Shown: positions 19,354-29,638, numbered from the stretch's first letter. The stretch: 64,000 nt of DNA from Dehalococcoidia bacterium (GCA_965197585.1 OZ240215.1:2176001-2240000); one strand, 5' to 3'. The notes: generated by a model from the sequence alone, not told the origin. Program-made: numbers and translations.

Positions 19354-19869
19354 CTACAAATTCACAAACGCCGGACTGGACGCAATCAACGGCACATCTT
19401 GCTGGGACTCGTCCGCAAGCCCGACCCGGTACACCGTTAGCCCGTGCTCTCCGGCTGGAGCGTCGTCCAAAACCCTGAATGTCAGCGTTGCGAGAGTCCC
19501 GGCATCTGTCGGGGCTGAGGTTTCTCCCCTCCGAGCCAGGGCGAAAATTAGCTGTCCAATCTCTTGGTCCGCCGACTCCACTCCCACCAGCGGCGAAGCC
19601 CCGAGCAGTTCACCTGCCGACATCCCCTCGTAAGCGAACACCCGGGTGTCGAAGTTTATGATCACTTCAGCCGCGCTAATTCCCTGACCCTTGGGATCCA
19701 CTCCCACGTCAACCGTGAAGCTCTTTCCCGACTCGGCGTCTATGCTGGACGGCGTAAGGGTGACGATTACCGCGCCGTCATCTCCGCCCCCGCACCCAGA
19801 GACCACGATCAGGACAACCAGCGCTCCGAGTATTGCTGCCGTCAACGATATTTTGGCTATTCTCTTCAT
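19354..19869 (-). CDS. Single-cohesin-domain lipoprotein
   Basis: Lipobox VSGC. GKSFTVDV...ISAAEVIINFD...GTLATLTFRV cohesin pattern. Confidence 0.75.
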   Translation of the reverse strand: MKRIAKISLTAAILGALVVLIVVSGCGGGDDGAVIVTLTPSSIDAESGKSFTVDVGVDPKGQGISAAEVIINFDTRVFAYEGMSAGELLGASPLVGVESADQEIGQLIFALARRGETSAPTDAGTLATLTFRVLDDAPAGEHGLTVYRVGLADESQQDVPLIASSPAFVNL

Positions 19870-19879
19870 ATCGTGTTGC

Positions 19880-21280
19880 TCACGGTGAGGGTAGCTGTGC
19901 ACCGAGGATCGCCAGGTCCAGGTAGTTGACTACGTTGTCATTGTTCAGGTCCGCCGTTGCATCGAAACCCGCCTCTCCGGAAATTGTCCCGTAGGCTTGG
20001 CGCAACTGCACTAAGGCCAGTTCCCCATTTTCAATCTCGATCTCGCCGGTCGAGTCTGGAGAAGGCGTCGCCGTTGGAGCGCCCAGAGGGGCCCGGGTGG
20101 GGATGGGAGTGGGCGTCGTCGAATCGGGGCGGTTGCCTATTCTCTCCATCGACACCGGAGGCACACCTATGCTCTCTCTCCACATGTTGTCGAGAGTAAT
20201 CAGGTCAATTCCATATACCTTCTCCAGCGTGTCCTCGAAATTGAGCTGGCCATCCCGAAACTCCCTGAGTAGTTCGCTCATCTTTGCCGTCCCGAAGGTC
20301 CTTACCATGAAGTCCACAACCTGACGGGAGTGGCCGTAAAATACGATAACGGCATCCGGCTCTCCGGGCCGGTTGGCAAGCTGGACCAAGGGGTAGAGGG
20401 TGTCCGTCCTGACGGCTCTGAGCACCGCCAGATCGTATGAGAAGCCCGGCTCGATGTTGCCGTACTCGGCGAGCCCCTCGTTCAGCCAGTCCGGGACCCG
20501 TTTCCCCGGCCCCTCCGCCGCTTGTGCAATGAGAAGGTGCGTCACTTCATGGGATACGATTCCCTTGATCTGGCTGTCGAACCCGTTTATCAGAAGGACT
20601 CCCTCTTTTCCGTGGGCCTGCCCCTGGGTCACCAGGCCACTGGAGCTGGTCCGGCTGATAAATGGCAGGGCATCCTTCATCTGCACCGGGTTGCTGTACA
20701 TCACTATGTTGACGTTTCGAGTCAGTGGAGTCTCCAGCAGCCGACCCACGTTGCTCAAGGTCTCCACTGAAGTGTCCAGCACCGTTTCGGCCCGCGTCTT
20801 CACGGGCCCGTTGTAGTAGACGGTCACGTTCTCCCGGGACACGGTGTTCCACTCGAAACGGGTGTCGGTGTACACAAATTCGGTAGCGTCCATCTCCGCA
20901 GAGTTGCCGTCCTCGTCCTCCAGAATCCACTTGTATGAGATGACGGCGCCGGGAGGTATATAGGTGCTGCTCCCGCCCCGAGTCCTGAGCGTGAACTCTG
21001 CAGTCGAAGGATTGCCGTCCTCGAACTCTACGGGTTCTACCCTCCTCGAGTCCTGTCCCACTATCAGGAATGTCAGGTTGACGCGGGCCACGGGCCTATC
21101 TGTGGAGAACTCCAGGGAAAAGGTCATGTCATCCGGGAAGTTCGTCTCGACCGACTGCTCCCCGAACTCAACCCAGTGGTTGTCGGCCGAAGCTCCTGCG
21201 CTTAGTCCGGCCCACAACACTCCCGCAGCTATGGTAACCGCCACTGCTATCCAAATATGGCTGTATCTTAGTTGTGCCAT
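19880..21280 (-). CDS. Peptidase MA-like (gluzincin) secreted protein with C-terminal dockerin-like motif
   Basis: Signal peptide, HEVTH...WLNEGLAEY, PT linker, RQAYGT...ADLNNDNVVNYLDLAIL. Confidence 0.8.
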   Translation of the reverse strand: MAQLRYSHIWIAVAVTIAAGVLWAGLSAGASADNHWVEFGEQSVETNFPDDMTFSLEFSTDRPVARVNLTFLIVGQDSRRVEPVEFEDGNPSTAEFTLRTRGGSSTYIPPGAVISYKWILEDEDGNSAEMDATEFVYTDTRFEWNTVSRENVTVYYNGPVKTRAETVLDTSVETLSNVGRLLETPLTRNVNIVMYSNPVQMKDALPFISRTSSSGLVTQGQAHGKEGVLLINGFDSQIKGIVSHEVTHLLIAQAAEGPGKRVPDWLNEGLAEYGNIEPGFSYDLAVLRAVRTDTLYPLVQLANRPGEPDAVIVFYGHSRQVVDFMVRTFGTAKMSELLREFRDGQLNFEDTLEKVYGIDLITLDNMWRESIGVPPVSMERIGNRPDSTTPTPIPTRAPLGAPTATPSPDSTGEIEIENGELALVQLRQAYGTISGEAGFDATADLNNDNVVNYLDLAILGAQLPSP

Positions 21281-21301
21281 CGGTCCGTTAACGTCCCGCC
21301 A

Positions 21302-22666
21302 TTAGGGGCTTGCCATGCTTCGTATCAGGGCTATGGCAAGGTTTACGACATCACCCAACAGGCCCGAGTCAACGAATTCCAGGGTGTCCTCGGCGGTGTT
21401 GACCCGGGAAAGGTCGTCTGCGAAGAATAACACCACGGGTATCTCCACCGACTGGAAGACAACGTGGTCACTGATCAGTCCCTCGGGCTCTCGGCCCGGG
21501 GTGATCGTGACTCCAAGATCCGTACCCAGCCGCAAGGCCTCCAGCTGAAGCGCCGGCTCTCCGGCGATGATGGCCCTTTCACCGCTCCCCACATCATCCA
21601 GGTTGATCATCGCAAGCACGCTGCCCGTGTTATCACCTATGACGTTCGAAACGTATCGCTGGCTGCCTATAAGGCCGACCTCCTCCCCGCCGAAGGCCAC
21701 GAATGTCACGTCCACGGCAAGGTCGTCGTCCTTTAGGGCTCGGGCGATGGTGAGCAAGGCTGCCGTCCCCGACGCATTGTCGTTCGCCCCGACCGACTCA
21801 GTGTCAGTATCGTAGTGGGCCCCGATAATGATGGTCGGCGCCCCGGTTATGGAGCCCTTCTTGGTCGCCACTACGTTGCGGCTCTCCCTGTCGTCCGTCT
21901 CCACTTTCACCCGCACCGTCACCTCACCCGACTCCATCATAGCCAAAAGGGCTTGACCGTCTTCCTGGCTTATTGAAAGCGCCGGTATCTGGCCGGCAGT
22001 TTGAAGGGTGCCTGCGAAGTTCTCCGGCTCGCTGTTGTAGATTATGACCGCCGAAGCGCCTGCTTCCCGAGCGTTACTGGCTTTGATTTCAAAGTCGATC
22101 TCTCCCCGCCCGATCAACGCCACGGCCCCGTCCAACCCATCCTCGGGGAAATCTACCGCCCTGCCTAGACCTGCGTGTACCAGTCTCCCTTCCACGTCCC
22201 CGAAACCCGTCCGGTACATAAACAGCGATTCAATAACTTGCTCTTCCTCGCCCGTGACCCTCAGCCAGGGTTCATCATCGCTTATTAGTCTCAGGTCGAA
22301 GCCATTAACTTCTGCCTCGTATCCAAAACTGCTAAGCTCGGCGGCAATGAATTCCGCGGCCGCAAGCTCTCCGTCCGTCGTAGCATTTCGTTCCGGGTAA
22401 TCAGAGACGATGGTTTCCACGTATCCATAGGCGATATCAGCCAACTCAGGCGCGAAGGAAACGGCAGTGGGCACGTTAACGCCCGGGGCGGAGATGGGGG
22501 TGGAGGTAGGAATCGCGATGGTGGGGGTCGGCGTGCCTGTTGTATCAATTGCCTGGGGGGTGAGTGCCTGCGCCTCAGTAGTTGCAGTGGCATCCCCGCC
22601 GCCACCACATGCGGCCGCAACCAGTACTGCCAGGATTGTAGCGGCCAAGAGTTTCAATTTGATCAT
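21302..22666 (-). CDS. M28 aminopeptidase with PA domain, lipoprotein
   Basis: Lipobox AAAC, GAHYD, GANDNASG, GEE.GL.GS, INLD, SDH. PA insert. Confidence 0.9.
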   Translation of the reverse strand: MIKLKLLAATILAVLVAAACGGGGDATATTEAQALTPQAIDTTGTPTPTIAIPTSTPISAPGVNVPTAVSFAPELADIAYGYVETIVSDYPERNATTDGELAAAEFIAAELSSFGYEAEVNGFDLRLISDDEPWLRVTGEEEQVIESLFMYRTGFGDVEGRLVHAGLGRAVDFPEDGLDGAVALIGRGEIDFEIKASNAREAGASAVIIYNSEPENFAGTLQTAGQIPALSISQEDGQALLAMMESGEVTVRVKVETDDRESRNVVATKKGSITGAPTIIIGAHYDTDTESVGANDNASGTAALLTIARALKDDDLAVDVTFVAFGGEEVGLIGSQRYVSNVIGDNTGSVLAMINLDDVGSGERAIIAGEPALQLEALRLGTDLGVTITPGREPEGLISDHVVFQSVEIPVVLFFADDLSRVNTAEDTLEFVDSGLLGDVVNLAIALIRSMASP

Positions 22667-22830
22667 CTAAACCTACGTCCTGTGTTCTCGGTAGACACAG
22701 TGGAGTTTGGGACTAGAGGGGCTCATCAAACAATAACGCACGTAGAGTCATTTAGTTGCGCCCCCTCAGCGTACAACAATGGGAAACTGCGCTGCAGTTT
22801 CCCATTATTTACCTTGCATAAGTTAGGGAA

Positions 22831-23262
22831 CTATTCCCTCCGAGTTGCCGGCCCCCGAGCCGACTTCTTAGGCGCTCCGGTGTATTTTTCATCCGGGAAC
22901 AGATCCTCACCGGGAGCCCCGCCCTCGCCGGCCACCGTGCTCATCGGCTCCTCGCCCGCTTCCATCTTGCGAAGAAACTCTTCGCTCACGAAGAACATTC
23001 ATATACAGAACCCGTCTCGGGCTATGTCTTCGTGGTGCCTCTCGCAGGGGCAGATCTTCATGCGATCCAGATCCGGATCGCCATCTACGATCATTCAGGG
23101 ACAGTAGCGGTAGCCGAATTTCACCTCGTTCTTGGCCAGCCCCTTCTGCACTTCGTCGACGATCTCCGGGTCGGAGTAGAACTCGTAGGGTCCCTTCTCC
23201 ACGTACTTCTCGGACATCTTCACTGCGCCCTTCAGGGCCTGCTCGAAGGTCTTCTTCTTCAA
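22831..23262 (-). CDS. ftrC: Ferredoxin:thioredoxin reductase catalytic subunit, predicted double selenoprotein (143 aa; U56, U88)
   Basis: RBS AAAGGAGG plus TTG. GLAKN...GYRYC-P-TGA (23095-23097)...ICPCERH...DGFC-I-TGA (22999-23001)-MFFV, all in one frame to TAG 22831. Matches the FTR CPC/CPC/CxC pattern. Confidence 0.85.
22969..22985 (-). promoter_or_regulatory. Putative bacterial SECIS for U88
   Basis: GCGAAGA-GTT-TCTTCGC starts 13 nt after the TGA. The loop begins with G. Confidence 0.7.
23062..23081 (-). promoter_or_regulatory. Putative bacterial SECIS for U56
   Basis: GCGATCC-GGATCT-GGATCGC starts 13 nt after the TGA. The loop begins with G. Confidence 0.7.
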
Positions 23263-23353
23263 CCTCGTTCCTCCTTTGCGCTGGGGCCTATGGTTCAATT
23301 ATACCCCACCGCCCGGCCCATTCCTTCGCATTGTCTGTTAACGCTCATCCTAA

Positions 23354-25540
23354 TCAGGGTTCGCAGATAGACACTTCACTTCCGTCCCGACGCGTTATTT
23401 CATCCAAGGACTCGGGAATGCAGCCGTGTAGATTCGTGTAGCTAATGTCAAGCCTGGATAGCTGCTGCAGATTGCCTATTTGCGGCAAGATTGCCCCCTT
23501 AATACGAGTGTAGGCCAGATCTAGTTCGCGCAATTCCGTAAGGTCGTACAGCTCCGCAGGCAAGGAACCGCTGATACCGGTCCCCCTGAGATCTAGGATT
23601 CTCAACTGTTGTAGTGATCCCAATTCTGGAGGCAATGTTCCTGAGATAGTCGGAGACGACAGATCGAGTGTCTCTAACTGCTTCAGGTTGCCAAGCCCCG
23701 AAGGAATCGATCCACTAATTCGATTGCCGCCCAAACGTAATACTTTAAGGTTGGATAGCATGCCAAGTTCCTTTGGTATCGCCCCTAAAAGGCCATTCCT
23801 GTTTACGTTCAGCTCGACCAGCTCAGACAATTCACTAAGCTCTGTCGGAATATGTCCGTCAAGCTTGTTCGATGACAAGTCCAGATATTCCAGCGCGCTC
23901 AATTCCCCAATCTCCGCAGGGATTGTCCCGCTAAGATCGTGCTCAGGAAGGGACAGCCTGCGAACCCGGAGCGGTAACTTATCGTCTGGGGATTCAGCAT
24001 CCGATGTTTCTGCTGACAGAGGGTCAAGATGGACTCCCTCCCAATCAGATAGTGCCGTTTGCGCATCCCAATTCAACTCGCCGGCACCCGTCAGCTGGTC
24101 TCTGATCCGCAACAGCACCTCGCAATCCCGTACCAGACCAAAGTTGTTTTGTGGATCCTCCACTAGGCTTCCCAGCGAGCAGGAAACCGGACCGGATACA
24201 CCCTCTGCGATTGCGGCCTCTGCAGACAGCAATACCCCATTACGAGAAAGCGCGGTCAACGCACGCTTCCCGCCAGTCTCTATCGTTACCACGTGCAAGC
24301 CGCCCTCCATGCTGGCAAACATTGTCCCGTCAGGTGACCAAGCCCCACAGGAGCTTCCTTCAAATGAGCGCAAGTTAGACCCGTCCGCATTTACTATGAA
24401 TGTTGATCCCGGCAAACCATGTACGGAGAACATTATTTGAGATCCATCCGGTGACCAGCTTGGCCAGCAGAAAGTGTCATATTGCGGCACGTAGTCGAGT
24501 CGGACATTTACAATCTCACTAAATTGCCTCCCGTCCCTATCTACAGTGAACAGCTTAGTCCACCCTTTTTCATAGCTTAGAAAGGCTATGCTTTGTCCAT
24601 CTGGTGTCCATGCTGGTGGGCCTAGGATAGAACCGTAGGTGACTCCATCTGTTCTAGCTTCGAAACCTAATACTCTCTTAGAGGGGGCCCCGTCGGTATT
24701 CGATATGTAGATACCTGGTCGCAGTCTTCGCGTCTGGCTGTAGGTTGAGTCAAATTCTTCTTTGTAGTAATACACTGTTGCCAAATAAGCGATTTCACGA
24801 CTGTCGGGAGACCATGTGAAACCGCCGAAAGCGTATACATCCTCTTTTATGGAGTAGTTTGCTGGTACACCGGGAGCTCTTGTTTCTTCCAGGTCTTCAG
24901 GTGAAGGCGGTACTGCCAGCATCTGGATATCCTTGCCATCTGTACCCATTACGAATAGTCCTGAATCCGCCCCGCCATGTCCTTTGCAAAAGTCGGCGTC
25001 ACGCTTGAAGGCAATCAGTGAACCGTCAGGTGACCATGACGGAGAGGAATCCAAGGCCGTAGAGGGAGTGAGCCTTTTTCTGTCCGCACCATCAAGAGCG
25101 ACTGTTTCGATCTCGTGAAAGTACTTTCCTTCGCCTGCATCTCTGTATGCTACGTAGACGATACGATCTTGCTCCGGAGAGAAATCGAGGGAGCGGACAA
25201 CTAGCGATTTATCATCTAGCATTCGCCTTAGGGTAGTGCCGTCAGGCGAAATTGTGTAAATCTGCGAAACATAAGAATGTCCAGGCAAACGAGCGTTAAA
25301 CACTATCGAACTACCATCAGGTGTCCATTGTGGTGTTGTTTTTGGCCAGGAATAGTCTTTGTCCGTGGGTATCGGTATAGGTGTTGGAGTGGCAAACGCA
25401 CCAGAGGCAAAGGGCCTAAAGGAGCCACAACGGATGCTATTGTTGATGCTGTTTACGCAAAATCCTACTCCAGTGAGCAGGAGTCCCACCGTAGCAAACA
25501 GTACGACCCATTTCTTGTGCTTCAGAATGTATCCACCCAT
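23354..25540 (-). CDS. TolB-like (PD40) beta-propeller fused to plant-type leucine-rich repeats
   Basis: N-terminal TM, repeated WSPDG, then L.GxIPxELGxLxxLxxLxLxxN repeats. Confidence 0.85.
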   Translation of the reverse strand: MGGYILKHKKWVVLFATVGLLLTGVGFCVNSINNSIRCGSFRPFASGAFATPTPIPIPTDKDYSWPKTTPQWTPDGSSIVFNARLPGHSYVSQIYTISPDGTTLRRMLDDKSLVVRSLDFSPEQDRIVYVAYRDAGEGKYFHEIETVALDGADRKRLTPSTALDSSPSWSPDGSLIAFKRDADFCKGHGGADSGLFVMGTDGKDIQMLAVPPSPEDLEETRAPGVPANYSIKEDVYAFGGFTWSPDSREIAYLATVYYYKEEFDSTYSQTRRLRPGIYISNTDGAPSKRVLGFEARTDGVTYGSILGPPAWTPDGQSIAFLSYEKGWTKLFTVDRDGRQFSEIVNVRLDYVPQYDTFCWPSWSPDGSQIMFSVHGLPGSTFIVNADGSNLRSFEGSSCGAWSPDGTMFASMEGGLHVVTIETGGKRALTALSRNGVLLSAEAAIAEGVSGPVSCSLGSLVEDPQNNFGLVRDCEVLLRIRDQLTGAGELNWDAQTALSDWEGVHLDPLSAETSDAESPDDKLPLRVRRLSLPEHDLSGTIPAEIGELSALEYLDLSSNKLDGHIPTELSELSELVELNVNRNGLLGAIPKELGMLSNLKVLRLGGNRISGSIPSGLGNLKQLETLDLSSPTISGTLPPELGSLQQLRILDLRGTGISGSLPAELYDLTELRELDLAYTRIKGAILPQIGNLQQLSRLDISYTNLHGCIPESLDEITRRDGSEVSICEP

Positions 25541-25799
25541 ACCTAAGCCTCTCGTTCATCAATTATGGACTTGCGCGTACATAGAAAACGATCTTATTCA
25601 ATAACGATAGTACAGGGATTTTAGAGCACCGTGGAACGTTCGGTGCTTGTTCATTCTGTAGTTCTCATTGATTATAGAACGACCATCGGCGACAAAAAGT
25701 TCCACCTGCTCTTATCGAACGTACTTACCCACCCCCCTCCCCAAAACCCGTATAATCGGGGCACGTGCCACTCCATCCAATCAAAAACTGGAGGCATCC

Positions 25800-26675
25800 A
25801 TGGCAAAATCCAATCTCTCCAACTGGGGCCGCTGGGGCCCCGACGACCAGATCGGCGTCCTGAACCTTCTGCAGGGCCGAGACAATGTTCTGAAAGCCTT
25901 TAGCATGGTCAAGGAAGGGAAGATATACAGCCTGGCCGTGCCCCTTGAGAAGGACGGGCCCCAGATGCCCACCTTCCACAAGACCTGGCGCGTCTCCCAC
26001 GTCGCCGAGCGTAAGGACCCCGACCTATCCATCATCGACGACGTCATTGTCATGGAGACCCACTCCGGCACCCATATCGACGCCATAGGCCACGTCTGGG
26101 CCGACGGCCAGTTCTACAACGGCTTCTCCTCCGACGAGTTCGCCAGCAGCCGGGGCGTCGAGCGGACGGGCATTGAGAACGTGCGCCACATCATCGGGCG
26201 CGGCATCATGCTGGACGTGGCCGCCTACCGGGGAGTCGACCACCTCCAGGAGGCTGAGGCCATCACCCCGGAAGACCTGAACGGCGCAGCCAAGGCTCAG
26301 GGGATCACCCTGGAACCCGGAGACGTGGTCATGATCCGCACCGGCTGGTACACCCTCTTCGAAAAGGACCGTGCCCGATGGGGCACCTCCTTCCCCGGCC
26401 CCGACGCCTCCGTCCTACCCTGGCTCAAGGAGCACGACGTCTGCGCCATCGGCACCGATCATCCAACCTGCGAGCGTAGGATCAAGGTTGGCAGCCCCGA
26501 GGGTGGTCTTCCACTCCACCGTTACGCTCTCAGGGACCTTGGAGTCTACATACTCGAAAACCTGGACCTGGAGGCACTAGCCCGGGACAAAGTCTACGAG
26601 TTTCTGTTCATCGGCGCACCCCTTCGCCTGACCCACGCCACAGGCTCTCCCTGGAACCCGTTGGCCATCATCTAG
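25800..26675 (+). CDS. Cyclase/kynurenine formamidase-family protein
   Basis: [39 protein letters not shown]. Confidence 0.9.
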   Translation: MAKSNLSNWGRWGPDDQIGVLNLLQGRDNVLKAFSMVKEGKIYSLAVPLEKDGPQMPTFHKTWRVSHVAERKDPDLSIIDDVIVMETHSGTHIDAIGHVWADGQFYNGFSSDEFASSRGVERTGIENVRHIIGRGIMLDVAAYRGVDHLQEAEAITPEDLNGAAKAQGITLEPGDVVMIRTGWYTLFEKDRARWGTSFPGPDASVLPWLKEHDVCAIGTDHPTCERRIKVGSPEGGLPLHRYALRDLGVYILENLDLEALARDKVYEFLFIGAPLRLTHATGSPWNPLAII

Positions 26676-26686
26676 AGAGGACTGCT

Positions 26687-27559
26687 ATGACTACTGAAAA
26701 ACTTTCAAACTGGGGCCGCTGGGGCCCCGACGACCAAATTGGCGTCCTGAACCTGCTCCAGAACACTTCCTCCGTACTCGAAGCCATAAAGCTGGTTAAG
26801 AAGGGGGACGTTTACAGCCTCGCCGTGCCACTGGAGAAAGACGGGCCACAGTTTCCCCTCTTCCACAAGACTTGGCGCGTCTCCCACTGGCAGCATCTCT
26901 ACGACCCCGACCTCGACATCATCGACGACGTAATTGCGATGGAGACCCACTCCGGCTCTCACATCGACGGCCTTGGCCATTCCTGGCACGAGGGGCAGTT
27001 CTACAACGGCTTCTCTTCCGACAAATACGCCAGTAGTCGGGGCGTCGAGCGCCTTGGCATCGAGAACGTGAAACACATATTTGGCCGCGGCGTAATGCTC
27101 GACGTCGCAGCCTATAAGGGTGTCGACCACCTCGGCCCCTCCGAGCCCGTCACCGCCGACGACCTTGACCGGGTCGCCGACTCCCAGGGCGTCGACCTAA
27201 AGCCCGGCGACGTGGTATTGGTCCGCACAGGCTGGTACACCCTCTTCGGTAAGGACCGAGCCCGGTGGGCTACATCATTCCCAGGCCCCGACGCCTCCGT
27301 GCTTCCCTGGCTCAAAGAGCACGACGTGGTAGCCATAGGCACCGACCATCCCGCCTGTGAGCTTTTCGAAAACTTGGAAGACCCCGGAGATATGCCTCTC
27401 CACCGGCACGGCCTCCGAGACCTGGGTGTATACCTGCTCGAAAACATGGACCTGGAGGAACTGGCCCGGGACAAAGTCTACGAATTCCTCTTCGTCGGTA
27501 CTCCACTGCGAATCACCCATGGCACAGGCTCACCCTGGAACCCCTTGGCAATAGCATGA
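26687..27559 (+). CDS. Cyclase/kynurenine formamidase-family protein (tandem paralog)
   Basis: Same motifs (HSGSHIDG). Highly similar to the upstream gene. Confidence 0.9.
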   Translation: MTTEKLSNWGRWGPDDQIGVLNLLQNTSSVLEAIKLVKKGDVYSLAVPLEKDGPQFPLFHKTWRVSHWQHLYDPDLDIIDDVIAMETHSGSHIDGLGHSWHEGQFYNGFSSDKYASSRGVERLGIENVKHIFGRGVMLDVAAYKGVDHLGPSEPVTADDLDRVADSQGVDLKPGDVVLVRTGWYTLFGKDRARWATSFPGPDASVLPWLKEHDVVAIGTDHPACELFENLEDPGDMPLHRHGLRDLGVYLLENMDLEELARDKVYEFLFVGTPLRITHGTGSPWNPLAIA

Positions 27560-28404
27560 GTGTCTCGTCCACAAAGCGGGTGCCCCGGGCCATGACCATA
27601 GCCGGCTCCGACTCCGGAGGCGGCGCTGGCATCCAGGCCGACCTCAAGACCTTCGCCGCGCTTGGCGTTTACGGCACATCTGTAATCACGGCGGTCACCG
27701 CACAGAACACCCTCGCCGTAAACGGCATCGCCGAAATTCCGGCGGATATGGTATCTGCCCAGATAGACACGGTAATGTCCGACATAGGTACCGACGCCGT
27801 GAAGACCGGCATGCTCGCCCACAGCGGGATCATCGACGCCGTCGCCGAGCGCATCCAGGCCCTCGACATGCCCAACGTAGTCGTAGACCCCGTGATGGTT
27901 GCCAAGAGCGGGGACCGGCTCCTCCGGGAAGAAGCGGTGGACGCCTACCGCACCCGGCTTATACCCAGGGCCATGGTCGTCACTCCCAACATTCCAGAGG
28001 CAGAGGCCCTGGTCGGCTTCACAATCGAGACCGATGACGACGTTCACCGTGCCGCCAGGACCATCGCGGATATGGGAGCCAGCAACATAGTCATCAAGGG
28101 CGGTCACCGGGAAGGTCCGGTCACGGACGTTCTTTACTCGGAGGGCCAGTTCCACGAATTCACATCGGTCAGGATAGAGTCGAAGAACACCCACGGCACG
28201 GGCTGCACTTTCGCCTCGGCTATCGCCGCTCACTTGGCCCGGGGCTGCACCGTCGAGGAGTCCGTGTTTCACGCAAAGGAATATGTCTCGGCCGCCATAG
28301 AATCCGCGTTTCCTATTGGCCAGGGACACGGACCCCTGAACCACTTCCACGCTCTGTGGGGCCCTTTGCAAAACGCTCGTCCCGTAGAGCGAAGTATGAG
28401 GTAG
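27556..28404 (+). CDS. thiD: Hydroxymethylpyrimidine/phosphomethylpyrimidine kinase
   Basis: [47 protein letters not shown]. Confidence 0.95.
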   Translation: MSVSSTKRVPRAMTIAGSDSGGGAGIQADLKTFAALGVYGTSVITAVTAQNTLAVNGIAEIPADMVSAQIDTVMSDIGTDAVKTGMLAHSGIIDAVAERIQALDMPNVVVDPVMVAKSGDRLLREEAVDAYRTRLIPRAMVVTPNIPEAEALVGFTIETDDDVHRAARTIADMGASNIVIKGGHREGPVTDVLYSEGQFHEFTSVRIESKNTHGTGCTFASAIAAHLARGCTVEESVFHAKEYVSAAIESAFPIGQGHGPLNHFHALWGPLQNARPVERSMR

Positions 28405-28512
28405 GTTTCCCTCTCTGCTGGGGATAGGGCTAGGGCCGTAGCCTCGCTGAGGAGAACGTGGGGGAAAGATATTCCTTCATTGTTTGACTAACCCGTATCG
28501 AGGTGGTGGAAG

Positions 28513-29583
28513 ATGATTATCGACAACCACATCCACATATTCCCAGATCAGGCCGGCCCGGACACGGGCCCCGACCCCACACGACACGTTGCCCAACTCC
28601 AAAAGAGCGTCGCCGATTTCTGGGGCAGGATGGTCTCAAGTCACACCGACCCCAAGTTCATTCCCGAGCCCGAGGAAGACGTCGGCTTCACAGTCGGAAA
28701 ACACGGTCGCTACTACTGGCGTAAACTCGGCGAGGGTTGCTGGCTCCAGCGAGGCCCCGCATTCATGGCCAGAATGGAGTCTACACCTGAGCAGATCATC
28801 GCCCACATGGACGCCGTCGGCGTGGACATGGCTGTTATACAGGCCGACTACGACTACGTAGACTTCGACACCGGACGCGAGGGCTATTTCCTAGACGCCG
28901 TGAGGTCACGCCCCGATCGCTTCTTTGCCACTGCCGCCGTCGACTACCGGCTCTCTCACTCCGACGACTTCCTCCAGGGTCAAATCGCCAACCTAACCCA
29001 CGCAGTGGAGGACTACAGGTTCCGAGCCCTGTTCCTCGGCGGAGAAGCCATCCCCGACCCTCTCGACGACCCTCGCTGCGACCCCTTATGGCAGGAAACG
29101 GTCCGCCTCGGAGTACCGGCCTACGTCAATACTGGCTTCTGTTCCAAGGCAAAATATCTGGAGCAGCTCAGGGGCCTCAAATCTGTCCTGGACCGCTTCC
29201 CTGACCTGAATGTCATCGACTCCCACGTCGGCGGCAACCTTCTCCACCCCTCCAGCCCCGAGTACGTGGAAACTCCCGCCGAGCTCTTCTCGCTACTGGA
29301 GACCGGTCAATTCTACCTGGAGGTCGGCTATGTCCTAGCCTATGAGGACTACCAAATCTGGGGCCCCGACTCCCTCTACCCCTACGCCCAACACTCTAAA
29401 ATCATCCAGAAAGTCTACAAGCGCTTCGGGCCCATGATGGTCTGGGGGTCGGACCTGCCGTGGTGCTACCGCACCTGCACCTACCAGCAGAACCTGGACC
29501 TCATCCGCCTCCACACCCCCTACATGACCGACAAAGACCGGGATCTTGTCCTCGGAGGCAACCTCTCCCGGCTGCTAGCCTGA
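28513..29583 (+). CDS. Amidohydrolase_2 family protein
   Basis: IIDNHIH, SHVG, WGSDLP. Confidence 0.8.
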   Translation: MIIDNHIHIFPDQAGPDTGPDPTRHVAQLQKSVADFWGRMVSSHTDPKFIPEPEEDVGFTVGKHGRYYWRKLGEGCWLQRGPAFMARMESTPEQIIAHMDAVGVDMAVIQADYDYVDFDTGREGYFLDAVRSRPDRFFATAAVDYRLSHSDDFLQGQIANLTHAVEDYRFRALFLGGEAIPDPLDDPRCDPLWQETVRLGVPAYVNTGFCSKAKYLEQLRGLKSVLDRFPDLNVIDSHVGGNLLHPSSPEYVETPAELFSLLETGQFYLEVGYVLAYEDYQIWGPDSLYPYAQHSKIIQKVYKRFGPMMVWGSDLPWCYRTCTYQQNLDLIRLHTPYMTDKDRDLVLGGNLSRLLA

Positions 29584-29638
29584 TCACCAATCCATCCTCC
29601 GTCTCCATCCTCCTTGATTCCCGGAGGGGCGGTTCGCG

